Of a DNA stretch of 64,000 nucleotides, positions 1 to 11,796 are shown in pieces. This DNA comes from Stegostoma tigrinum. Taxonomy: Eukaryota. Position 1 is the stretch's first letter. Each line of letters opens with the position of its first letter. Location of the stretch: contig NC_081362.1 of assembly GCF_030684315.1 (NCBI RefSeq), forward strand, positions 96,083,187 to 96,147,186, given 5' to 3'. A model generated the notes under the pieces. The model was not told the DNA's origin, did not search any database, and saw only the letters and a list, made by a program, of their open reading frames with translations. The position numbers and the translations under genes were made by a program.

Positions 1-6
1 TAGCAA

Positions 7-238
7 TTGTGCTCCTGAGATGCTGCTTGGCCTGCTGTGTTCAACCAGCTCCACACTTTGTTATCTTGGAAGCTTTTGTGCTCCTGGGATGCTGCTTGGC
101 CTGCTGTGTTCATCCAGCTTTACACTTTGTTATCTTGGAAGCTTTTGTGCTCCTGAGATGCTGCTTGGCCTACTGTGTTCATCCATCTTCACACTTTGTT
201 ACCTTGGATTCTCCAGCATCTGCAGTTCCCATTATCAC
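7..238 (+). mobile_element. Three tandem 69-bp copies of the Penelope (Neptune-type) 3' tail
   Basis: Unit GTGCTCCTGAGATGCTGCTTGGCCTGCTGTGTTCA..CACACTTTGTTATCTTGGAAGCTTTT starts at 9, 78 and 147. It is the same sequence as the tail of the Penelope at ~17005-17095. TAGCAAT at 1-7 and 247-253 may be part of a TSD. Confidence 0.8.
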
Positions 239-545
239 TCCTTAATTAGCAATACTCAGGTTCTGTACCTGCCAGACGACAATTTGAACTGCCCTTCCCG
301 ACCAGTGCCCCAGCTGACACTGCTTTGAAGGTTTGTGGGTTCATGAATCAGAAGTTCCTAGAGCTGCTCAAACAACTGTAGCAGAAAGACTGAAGGGACT
401 TCTACATCCATGAGGTCAGACCCAGACTTTTTCCCTGGTGAGGGGTGAAGAGTTTGCCCTGTGGTGTAGTATGTGGGGAGGTTAGGTGCAGGAGGGGTTT
501 GCTACCGGCTGTTGTGAAAATCCTGTGTCTTTCATTGTGTTTCAG

Positions 546-662
546 TTGGAGGAAGGGGAGTTGTATTATGCTGATATCCAGTTCTTCCGAAAGAAAACTG
601 AACAGCCAGCTACAGTGGTCACTGAGGAGTCAACCGAGTACGCTGCCATCAAATATACATAG
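546..662 (+). CDS. Terminal coding exon of an inhibitory immune receptor (cytoplasmic ITIM + ITSM); Siglec/CD33-like tail layout
   Basis: Acceptor tcattgtgtttcag| at 545, phase 0. Translation LEEGELYYADIQFFRKKTEQPATVVTEESTEYAAIKYT* contains ITIM-like LYYADI (561-578) and ITSM TEYAAI (633-650) just before TAG (660-662). Not in the ORF track. Upstream exons lie outside the window. Confidence 0.8.
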   Translation: MEEGELYYADIQFFRKKTEQPATVVTEESTEYAAIKYT

Positions 663-2799
663 TGACGAGCAATCAGTTCTTCAGCAAGTAATGAAGAGCA
701 GTCTTTGCTGCCATTAACTCCAAAACCAGCAGAACGAAGGACAGTCAATCATCACAATTACTTATTGATATTTCTGCTTGATAATTATTCCAGAATTTGC
801 ATGGTGCAGCTTCCTGGCAGAGTGAAGTCTCTGGGTAGTGAATCCATAAGGTGACCAGATTTTAAATAGCAAGAAACCAGGGTGAGTTTAATGGGCATGG
901 GAAAGTTGGGCATTGCTGAGCTGATTGTTACCACATTGGGTGAACAGTGCAAAGAATCTCAAGGTTAGGCATAGAAATTGGAGTGGGTGGGAAACAGGGG
1001 GAAATAGTTATGTCATGACACTTTTTGGAATATCTTCAGCTGGGGTTCTCTGCTGCAGAAAGTTTTGAAGCTAAAACATTAACTATTTTCAAGATGGAGT
1101 TAGACATAATTCTTGGGGCTAAAGGGATCAAAAGGCATGGGGGCAGGGAAAGCAAGAACAGGGTTGTGAGTTTGACGATCAGCCATCATCATATTGAATG
1201 GCAGATAGGCTTGAAGGGCCACTCCTGTTTTCTCTTTCTCTGGCAGGGGTGTGGTGAGGAGTAGGGAGCGAGGCTGACTATTGGCAGGGAGGATACAGGG
1301 TTCGCTGTGTACAGTGCAACGTGAAGTAATAAGGGTTTCCTTGGAGAGAAACAAACATGTCACACTGACTTTTTCTGAAGTCCTGGTTTACACTCTTAAC
1401 TAAGGAGAGGTGAGAACTGAGTTATTTTAACTATTTTCTGGAAATTGTCAGGAACCCAGAAGACTTTAGAGAAACCAGGACAGTCCCTTAGGAAGCCTGG
1501 GAATCTGGTCACTCCCTGAGCCCACCAACAGCATCATCTGTTAGGATAGTGAGCCTAGTAGAAGCCAAACAGGCCTCCTGTTTAACAAACGTAGCAGGAA
1601 ATTCTCCCTTGTTAAACTTGACAAAATGAAACTGTCCTGGTGGCCAACAACAGCAGAATTCTGGACTCCTGAACCTTGTTCACATGCTTTCCCATGGAAG
1701 GTTCCATTGGACTAGTCTTCGTCATTGCTCATTAACAGAGAAGCAGTGAGCTGATTTGAGAAGAATGACTGTCAGCCATTTCAGTGCCTCATGTAACTGC
1801 ATCAAACAAAATAGAAAGCACTTTGGAGCAGAAATCTTAACAAATTGAAAATTTACTCAAGGCACTTTGGAACGACAAGGATTTTATTTTTATTCAAGTG
1901 CTTACAGCAGGACAGCTAACTGAGAAATAGTGACAAATCAAAATAAAAATACTTGGAATGAACAGAGGGAAGAGTGAATTGGGATGAATGCTCAGTCAAA
2001 GCAGGAATCATTCTTTTCATGGGTTTGTGAGATGGTTTTAATCTGAAGTATGCTGAAGATCGAGTTCAACAGAGCGGATGAGTGGTCATGATCTGCAATC
2101 TTTACCCACTCACCTCTCTCAGCGCCGAACACAAAATTCACACCTTTTATTCTTAAATTGTAAAATGGTATATTGTAGGAATACGTAATGTCATACACTG
2201 TATGTCTCCTGAAATTATTAAGCAGCTTCATTATTTTAGTTTCAGTTTTTGCAATTCTAATGTTCTTGACAAACTGGAGTATACAACTAGATCAGATACG
2301 CAAAGGAGTACTGCATAGTTTATCTCCACATCCAGGTTTAGCTTAGAGAGGATGAAACCAGGACTGGAGTGGGGTGTGAGAGGGGTGGGGAAGCATGGAG
2401 AAACATGGGGAGTGCGGGTGAGTGCAGTGGGCAGAGTTGGCCTTTGACATGAAATTGAGTAGAATGCAACTGTACTCTTTGGAGTATAGAAGAATGAAAA
2501 GTAATCTAATGGAGCATCTCAAGTCATGTTGTTCCTTCACAGCGTAGACACTGCGATGCTGCTTTCCCCCCTGACTGCAGGATGGGGTGGGGACAGGCAT
2601 ACACATTCTCAGGATAAAGGGTTGATTATATTGGATAGAGATGAGGAGACATTTCCTGATCCAGGCACATCTTTTGGATTTAGGACTCCAGAGATCCATG
2701 GGTGTTCTGGACTTGAACATATTCTCCGCAGGAATCAACTGACTTTTTGTCTCTCAGGGAAGTTAAGATTTCTAAAATAGTTATTTCCTTATGTGATGT

Positions 2800-3160
2800 G
2801 TGCATCACTGGCAAGGCCAGCATTTGTTGCTTATCCCTAACTGCCCTTGCAATGAGTAACATGCTATGCCATTTCAGAGGCTAGTTGTAAATCAGTCAGA
2901 TTGTTGTGGCTCTGGAGTCACTTGACGAGGTAAGGATGACAGATGTCCTTCCCTAAAGGGCAGCAGTGAACCCCAGAGAGATTTTTACAACAATCGGTGA
3001 CAGTTCTCATGGTGTTCATCACAGAGACCCACAATTCCAGATTCAATTAATTGAATGTAAACAGCACTAATTAACACAGTAGAGTTTGACCCAGTGACCC
3101 AGAGCATGAACCTGGGCCACTCAGTCATTAATTTAATCACAATACCACTACTCCACCATC
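2800..3160 (-). mobile_element. Degenerate tRNA-derived SINE
   Basis: Shares the body ATTGCCCATCCCTAATTGCCC..CACATTGCTGTGGGTCTGGAG..TTCCCTAAAGGACATTAGTGAACCAGATGGG with copies at ~4310-4655, ~6930-7590 and ~62720-62810. Confidence 0.55.
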
Positions 3161-3893
3161 TCTGGGATCAGGTGGGAAAATGGAAATTAGGCAGAAGATA
3201 AAACATGATTGTATTAAAGGGAGAGGAGCAGATTTGATGAGCAGAATGGTTTGTTCCTACTGTGATTTTGAATGCTTATAGGAATCCTTGCTAAGAAAGA
3301 GAGTAAAGATTCAAATGGCAGAGGGTGATGTTAGGACAGACACTGCTGTTGATCAACGGCTGCAATGTCCTTCCAATTCACTGGATTAATTTGAGGATTA
3401 GCTGGAGATGAACTGAGAGCTGGTATACTGAAATTAGGAGTCTCAGTGGGTTAAATGTTTGTTTAAGCCATCTTGCGAACATCGCTGAGAAATATTGCAA
3501 AGACTGTCTCAGAGTGATACTTCCTCATTGCAATGGAAAAAATAGAAAACCAGAAACAATTTCAAATGAATTGGTGCTGTGGATAATGTGGACAACACTG
3601 CAATTGTTGATACTTCCTCAAATTCTCTGCAACTGAACAGTCCTATTGTCTGTGTGCACTGGCCTGTGCCTGTAACTGTATAATTTCCGGCCCCTTGTTT
3701 GTACTTTTCATCAGAAATAACAATAGATTTTTTACGTAAGTGATTAATGTTCAGATTGGATATGAATCTCTCTGTTTGCCACATAAAGAATATTTTAGAT
3801 TGTCTTTATTTTAAACTACCTCCAAATGCTGTGTGTAATTTATTTAATTGCAATGAGACAGTTTTGATCAGATCAACATCAACCATTGCAGTT

Positions 3894-4025
3894 CTGAGGA
3901 AGGATCACCGGACCCGAAACGTTAACTCTGGTTTTTCCTTCACAGATGCTGCCAGACCTGCTGAGCTTTTCCAGCAACTTTGTTTTAGTTTCTGATTTAC
4001 AGCATCCACAGCTCTTTTAGTTTTT
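3894..4025 (+). mobile_element. Short non-autonomous Penelope-related element with hammerhead-like core
   Basis: CTGAGGA-AGGATCACCGGACCC-GAAACGTT followed by CAGATGCTGCCAGACCTGCTGAGC. Similar copies at ~12860, ~37110, ~42800, ~56815 and ~60030. Confidence 0.6.
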
Positions 4026-4309
4026 ATCAACAAACTCAAGGACAAATTGAAAAACACAAGTCAAAGTGAAGGTCATTCAATGACCCTGAATCAGCCCCTC
4101 CTCTGATTAAACATGGAGCTAACACTTTTTTTGGCCATGTTTTGGGGAAACAATGTCAGTGTCCCCTCAAGTTAGCATCTTCACCACTTTTTATCTGAAT
4201 GCATTTGGAACATTCTGTGTGCACGTTAACCCGTTAAAATTCAAGTGTGCCTCTTTTTCAGGGAATTCATTTTACAAACTTCACACTCCCCAATCCAAGT
4301 GTATTTTCT

Positions 4310-4655
4310 TTATCCATTCACAGGATGAGGGTGTCACTGTCCAGGCTGCATTTATTGCCCATCCCTAATTGCCCAGAGGGCAGTTAAGAGTAAACCACAT
4401 TGCTGTGGGTCTGGAGTTGCATGTCGGCCAGACCAGCTAAGGGTGGCAGTTTCCTTCCCTAAAGGACATTAGTGAGCCAGATGGGTTTTACTGACGATCT
4501 TCAATGGTTACTATTAAGATTGTTAATTCCAGATATTTATAGAATTCAAATTCCACCATCTGCCATCGCAGGATTTGAACCCGGGTCTCCAGATGTTCTT
4601 GGGGTCTCTGGATTAACAGTCTATCGATGATACCACGAGGCAATTGCCTCCCATT
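4310..4655 (-). mobile_element. tRNA-derived SINE
   Basis: Minus-strand B-box-like GGTTCAAATCC near 4570-4582, plus the shared body seen in other copies. Confidence 0.6.
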
Positions 4656-5329
4656 AAAAGGTGATGGGCCATGAAACACAGTGGATCTTAACTCTCACTC
4701 TCAACCTATTCCCAAGTAGCAGTGGGAGGGGTAAGTGCCAGGGAGCTCATCCACCCTCGGGCCTATTGAGGCCCTTAAGCCCAAAAGAACTTGCAGCAGA
4801 ATTAGGGGACATTCAGCTCCTCAAGCTTTCTCTGCCATTCAATATGACCATGTGATCATCTCCAAATCCGTGATCACAAGGGCAGCAGATATATTAGAGT
4901 ACCACCACCTACAAGTTCCACTCTAAGCTGCTCAACATCCTGACTTGGAATTATATCGCTGTTCCTTCAATGTCACTGGGTTAAAATCCTACAATTCCCA
5001 CTCTAATGGCATTGTAGGACATCCTACTGCACAAGGACTGCAGTGGTTCCAGAGAGAAACCCACCACTTTTCTCCAGGACTTTCTGTTATTGTGTAAGAT
5101 CTCCAACAACTGTAGTTTTTTGCTGTATTTTGTTCTCATGATTAGATCACTGTACTATTCACCCAGAGGCATAGATCGGATCTTTACTCTGGGCACAGAT
5201 ATCTTGAACCCACTGTGGCCAACTTGTGGAATAAAGTCTTGTTAATAATGGTCCTGAAAACTGCTAGATTGTGCTAAAAATTAATTTGAGTCCTTACCTC
5301 CCTTTGGGGATGGAAATCTGCCATCATTA

Positions 5330-5640
5330 ACCTTAAAGCTGTCATTGGGAAAATGTTAGAGTCCATAATTAAAGAAGAAATCACAGGACATTTCAAAAAT
5401 CTGAATGGAATCAAGCAGACTTAAAATGGTTTTATTAAAGGCAAACTATTTTTGACAAATATGCTGGAGTTGTTTGAGGATATAATAAGCAGAGTTGATA
5501 AAAGGGAACCAGTAGTAGCAATGTATTTGGACTTTCATAAGCAATCAATAATCAACCACAAAAAAAAACACGTTATTGCCCAAGACAGGAGAACACAGTT
5601 TTGGAGGGGAATATTGACATGGATTGAGGATTAGTCACCC
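5330..5640 (+). mobile_element. Degenerate CR1 LINE RT fragment
   Basis: ORF 5452..5634 TNMLELFEDI..VDKREPVVAMYLDF..LTWIED matches CR1 RT motifs. Confidence 0.7.
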
Positions 5641-6794
5641 ATTAAGTCCTGATGTGGACACTGTACAAAGTGGGAACCTTGGCATTTTGACCTTTGCACA
5701 CATTCCTTAGGTGCTTAGGTCGTTGTTAATAGACAATAGTATACTCCCACCCCATCAGGCAAATGTGAGCCAAATACCTCTGCTTGTTTAGACTTAATAG
5801 TTGCCTCTGTTCTACAACTCCTAACTAGATAAAGCCTGGACTCAGCACAGAGAAAGGAAAGTTTCTAGTGCATCTAGCCCTGTACCACAAACTGGAAAAA
5901 TCCAAAAGGTCCCAATATGTGCACTGCCCACCACACAGTGTAAGGAGCACCTGATCCATCTTTAAACAGGCTGTGACAGACATTGGGCACAAATAGCTAG
6001 TTTAAGCCATTACTTATGAACTCAGGGAGCAAGCGCTTTAGCTGTGCTGTGGGAAACAGTTTGTGAAATTACCCTGTAACAAAGAAGCTCTTCTTTATTC
6101 CACAACGTACCCCTCCTCTGACTCCTGATCAACCCTGCGTTCTGGAACCACTGGCCCTGTGCCCCAGCCAGGTCCAACATTCCTGAGGCTCACAATGAAG
6201 CCAATGCGTTGCTTCACCATGCATGTCCTTACCCAATCTGGTGTTTCTCTTTCTCCCTCAGTGATTGAATCCCAATTAGATCCCAAGGATTGATCCCAGG
6301 AGATTGTAAGGCCTCACCAGTCAGGCTCGCAGTGTGTGTGTTGCAGTTTCTGAGCCCATTGAAAGTTCTGGAAAAGCAACATTGAAGACAGAGCTGGTTG
6401 AGGATGGGAGGGGGAGGAGCCAGGGCATGTAGAATACATTGTGAGGATCTGAAATGAGATTGTCCTCTACTCACTTAGACCAATGGGACGGTCAGCCATT
6501 AAAGTCCCAGCCTGAGAGCATTTGTTAGTAAAACATTGAGGGCAATGGCAATCACAGAGCAGGAAGGAAATAATTGGATAATGAGGGGCACAGAAAGACA
6601 AAAGAAGTTTGGGGGAAGGAATAGAGAGGGAGGAGTTAAAGGGGAGGAAGGAGTACATGGAGCGAAGGGAAACAGAGTGGAAGGTACATGGAGGATAAGT
6701 AATAGAAAGATAAAAGATGAATATTAGGGATAAGGGAGAGAGAAAATAGGAATGGTCACTGACTACCCCCTTCCTCACTTACCCATCATAAATG

Positions 6795-7590
6795 GAGCAC
6801 CCAGCAGAAATCCACACATTCACGGGGAGAACGAGCAAACTCTACACAGATAGTTACCGAGGCTGGAATTGAACCTGGGTCCCTGGTGCTGTGAGGCGAC
6901 AATGCTACCCACTGAGTCACTGTGCTCATTAATTGCCCATCCCCAATTACCCAGAGGACAGTTAAGAGTTAATCACATTGCTGTGGATCTGGAGTCATGT
7001 GTTTTTTTAATTCATTAACAGGATGAGGATGTCACTGGCAGCATTTATTGCTCATTCTTCATTGCCCAGAGGGCAGTTCAAAGTCAAGCACATTGCTGTG
7101 GGTTTGGAATAACACAGCCAGACCAGGTAAAGATGGCAGTTTCCTTCCCGAAAGAATGTTAGTGAACTAGATGAGTTTTTCTGACAATGGTCATCATTAG
7201 ATTTTTAATTTCAGATTTTTTTAATTGGTTTCACATTTCACCACCTGCCGTGGCAGAATTCAAACCCATGTCCCCAGAATGTTATCTGAGTTTCTGGATT
7301 AACTGTCTCGTGAAAATACTGCCAGGCCATCACCTCCCCAGACCAGGTTAAGGACAGCAGTTTTGGAGCAGACCTTATGGGCCAAATGCCCTAATTCTGT
7401 GCCTACATTTTATGGTCTATGAACTTCATTTCCTAAAGGACGCTAGTGAAACAGATGGGTTCTTCCTGACAATTAACAACAGTTCTATTGTCATCATTAG
7501 TTTCTCAATTTGAGATTTTTATTGAATTTAAATTCTCACATCTTCTGTGGTGGGATTCAAACACAGGTCCCTAGAACATTACCATTGTCT
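6795..7590 (-). mobile_element. Cluster of SINE copies (HE1-like head at ~6795-6927 plus partial copies of the second SINE family)
   Basis: GGAATTGAACCTGGGTCCCTGGTGCTGTGAGG is a reverse tRNA-like head, followed by tandem partial SINE bodies. Confidence 0.6.
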
Positions 7591-9367
7591 TGACTAATTG
7601 TTTGCCTCAGGCTCTCTCTAGTCTTTCTGTGTTGTTTGTGTTTCTGTTGAGGAGCATATTTTGTTCCCAGCCAAATCACTGGTCAATGCAGACATCGGGG
7701 GAGCTGTGCTCTTACTAGACCCATGACAAGTTTACCCTCTGAGTAAACTTTAACCAGTGGTCCCTCTATATGCGATCTCATAGGGGCTTTGATCAGTATG
7801 TGGACATTTCCTTTGCTTCCAAGTTGTAAATTCTTCCATTTTACCTTGAGCATTAGCTGTGACCACACAGTGTCTTGGGAAACACTAATTTCTCTCTTCA
7901 GATGCTCCAAGCAGCAAATCATCAGTGTTCCTTTTGATGCGAGCTCTTGGTAGCTATTCTGGTCAACAGTCATGTCTGAGCAGGCAGTGACCACCCTTCA
8001 TGTGACAGACACTGATCAAAAATATGTGGCATCAAATACACACGCAAGTAATCAGAGGAAGAGATACAAGCAGGAAGGTCACAGAATCATGTAGCACAGA
8101 AACAGGCCCTTCAGTCCACCATATCCATGCTGACCAACAAACATCACTCTATGCTAAAGACCATGACCAACACTTGATCCAAAGCCAGCTTTGCTCTGGC
8201 ATTTGAAGTCCCCGTCAGAACCTTTTTCAATGCAATGAGGATATCTGCCTCCATAACCTCTCAGGCAACACCTGCCATATTTCTGTCAACCTTTTGGTGA
8301 ACAAATATTTCCTCAGGTCTCTGCTAAATGTTATGAGAGAAGAAGTTCACCCTCATCTCAGTCTTAAATTGGTGCTCCTTTATTCTGAAATGATACCGTC
8401 TGGTCCCAGACTTTTCTGAGGAGAAACACCCTTTCAGCATTTACCTTGTCAAGCCTTTTCAAAATCCTGTGTTACAAAGAGAATATCTCTCATTCTTCTG
8501 TTTAGCCTTTGGTTAGAAAACAATTCCTCCACACCAGCTGTTGAACATTCTCCGAACTGCTCCTAAATAAGGGCATCAAAACTGCTGACACTCACCGGTA
8601 TCTTGCATACTTGCAGTAAAACGTCTCTACTCTCATTCTCTAAATCCCCTTAAAATGAGGGCCAATATTCCATTAACGTTTTTGATGACCTACTGCCCCT
8701 GTGTGTTAGCTTTCAGTGTTTCATGCACAAGTCCTCCCATGTATATTTCTGATGCAGCTTTCCATTCTTTTTCTCAGTTTCAGTAACTTGTGCTTGCATC
8801 ATAACCAATTGCAAAGGTGGCCACATGAGAGACATGCATCGAGAAATCAGTGATATGTGGTGATCAGGACAGTCCCCAGCAACTTTAATTCTCTTCACAT
8901 TCCACATTCTCACCACTTTCCAAGGAAACACATTCCTCCCAAGTTCTTCATTTGATCTGTTCGGATTTCTTTTTATGGGCCTCTGTTTTTGCTAGAGTGA
9001 CCTCCCAGTGAAAACAGCATTTCTGGATCCACACAAGTGATTTCTTTCTTCATTTGCACATTTCCAGGCTCGTTTTGTTAATGAAACTAGTCGCACTGCA
9101 CCCAGCGCCAGCTGACAGCCAGAAAATGTGTTCTACTTAAACACAATTAAGCACCAAAGGAAACAGTTCCATTCCTGAAATCTGAGTGAACATCTCGTCT
9201 GTCAGAGGGATGCACAATGAAGTACAAGAAGCTGAAACGCAGATCACAGGGAATGGAAAATTTTGGATTTAACAGTGGGCCTGAGTTCCTGCAATGCACA
9301 GGACAACCCAAAAATGAGACACTGTCAGGAACAAAAACCAAGGCAGCTCTCATTGAGATCAAATCAA

Positions 9368-9585
9368 ACAGAGTTGTGAGCGCATGGAATAGTTTGCCAG
9401 TGGTAGTCGTGGAAGCGGAGTCATTAGTGACATTTAAGCGACTGCTGGACATGCACATGGACAGCAGTGAATTGAGGGGAATGTAGGTTAGGCTATTTTA
9501 TTTTTGGATTAGGATTATTCCACGGCACAACATCATGGGCCGAAGGGCCTGTACTGTGCTGTACTTTTCAATGTTCTATGTTCTA
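9368..9585 (+). mobile_element. CR1 LINE 3' end (young family)
   Basis: RVVSAWNSLPVVVVEAESLVTFKRLLDMHMDSSELRGM plus GTTCTATGTTCTA tail; near-identical to 38296-38510. Confidence 0.85.
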
Positions 9586-10189
9586 ACAAAGAACCCATAT
9601 TCACCAGCATCAGCAGAGAAAATCAATGGTCACAAAGGGAATGAAAAGCAGCATTTTGGATGACTATTCTATGAAATTACAACACGGTTTGCCCACGTTG
9701 TGTGATGTGTCCAAAGCGCAAAGTGTCAAAGTGGAGGTGGCAGAATTTCTTTCTGACTGGAACAACCACACTGAACTGCAGAGGAAATGCAAACCAGACA
9801 ACAGGGCCCCTTACCAAGGAAGTAAGTGTGAAAGGAGGTTTACACATCGACCACTAAAGCTTTAGCTTCACAGGGTGAGAGTTGGAGAAGTTGTTGCACA
9901 GGAACCAACACAAAAAGTAGCAGAACAAAGCTGCCTGTCCTTTCGTCAAAGTGAAATATAATTCAATCATTTGAAACTCAGTTTGTTGCAATGAACCAAT
10001 GGCTCACTGACTGACAGCTTTTTGTCCAGCTCCAGTCAAAATGCATTGCAATGTTTAAGAGTGTTGAAACTTAGTGAAAACTACAGAGCTGGGCGATTCT
10101 GAAACACTCACACATGGAGAGAGCACTCAATGTACCTATCTCATACCCTTCAACAAGACAAGATGCAAAAAGGAACTGGCATTTAACTA

Positions 10190-11262
10190 GGTGTAGGGCT
10201 GAATGAACACAGCAGGCCAGGCAGCATCAGAGGAGCAGGAAAGCTGACGTTTCGGGTCTGGACCCTTCTCCAGAAATGGGGGAGGGGAAGGAGCCTTTGG
10301 AATAAATAGAGAGAGGGGGAGGTGATGATGGAAGGTGGCTAGAGAAACAGATGGTTGGAGAGAAGACAGACAGATCAAGGAGGTGGGGATGGAGCCAGTA
10401 AAGGTGAGCATAGCTGGGGAGTTGGGATAGGGTTTGGTCAGTTGGGAGGGGAGAGCAGGTATGTGGGGACTCCCTCATCTGCTCCACACTCTCCACTAGT
10501 CCCACTATCCCTGGCAACTGCAGGAAGTGCTACACCTAGCCCTATTCCTCCCCGCTCACCCCCATCCCAGGCCCCAAGAAAACCTTCCACATTAAACAGA
10601 TGTTTACCTGCTCATCTGCTAATGTGGTATACTGTATTTGCCGTTCCTAATGTGGCCTCCTCTATGTCAGAGAAACCAAGCAGAGGTTTGGAGACCGCTT
10701 TGTGGAACACCTACACTCAGTTCGTGACAAACGTCTGCACATCCCAGTCGTGAACCACTTCAATCCCCCTTCCACTCCTTGGATGACATGTTCATCCTTG
10801 GCCTCCTGCAGTGCCACAACGATGCCATCTGAAGGCTGGAGGAATAGCACCTCATATTTCGTTTGGGAACCCTGCAGCTTAATGGCATCAATGTGAGCTT
10901 CACAAGCTTCAAAATCTCTCCACCCCTGATGTCGTCACAAAACCAGCCCAGATTGTCCCTTCCTCCTTGGCCTGTCCGTCTTTTCTCCCACCTATCTGCT
11001 CCTCCTACCTCACTGACCACCCTCCACCCACACTTCCTACCTAATAGCCTCATCCCCACCTCCTTGACTTGTCAGTCTTCTCTCCACCTATCTGCACCTC
11101 TATCCACCTTCCATCATGACCTCTCCCTCTCTCTATTTATTTCAGAGTCCCCTTCCCCTCCCCCATTTCTGAAGAAGGGTCTAAACTCGAAACGACAGCT
11201 TTCCTGCTCCTCTGATGCTGCCTGGCCTGTTGTTTTCATCCAGCCGTACACCTTGGTATTTA
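10190..11262 (+). mobile_element. Truncated Penelope (Neptune-type) copy with inverted 3' arm
   Basis: Minus-orientation tail 10190-~10465, then a plus-orientation degenerate GIY-YIG region and tail to ~11262. Imperfect flanking repeat GG(C/T)ATTTA(A/G)CTAG. Confidence 0.8.
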
Positions 11263-11742
11263 GCTAGCAATTTTCCCATCCCCAACAATGTCAAGGGACT
11301 TTATAACCAATGAAGGATATCTTTGAAAGTGTAGTCGCTCTTGACATGCAGGGAATGGTGTAGATATTTCACAAACAGTCAGCTCCCACCAATAACTGAG
11401 ACACAATGTCCAAACCAGCTGTTGATTGAGAATCAATAACAGTCAGGACACTAGGGAGATTTTTGCTTTTTCTTCAACATAGTATCAGCTGGGGCTCTAC
11501 TCTGTCCACCTGAATGGACAGCCACGGCCTGGGGAAACATTGCCTTTGACAGGCAGCACCTCTAAAGTGACACACTCCCCCAGCACTGCACTAAGTACTG
11601 GCATTTTTGGACATACTACTTCGGCAGCCCAATCAGCTCTGAACCACAGTCAGAAAGTTGCACAACAATGAAATAACAGAGGATTTAATGCACTGAATCG
11701 ATTGTCCTCAGAATGCAGAGGAATGTCTGTGTGGGTAGATGG

Positions 11743-11747
<5 letters not shown>

Positions 11748-11783
<36 letters not shown>

Positions 11784-11796
11784 TTTCTCTCTCTCC
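11748..11796. repeat. (CT)n microsatellite
   Basis: Run of TC dinucleotides with a few interruptions. Confidence 0.9.

Noticed and set aside
7-238. Short tandem array superficially like CRISPR
   Set aside because: No unique spacers; the unit is a retroelement tail in a vertebrate genome.
9331-9339. Perfect RSS nonamer ACAAAAACC
   Set aside because: No heptamer at a 12- or 23-bp spacer.
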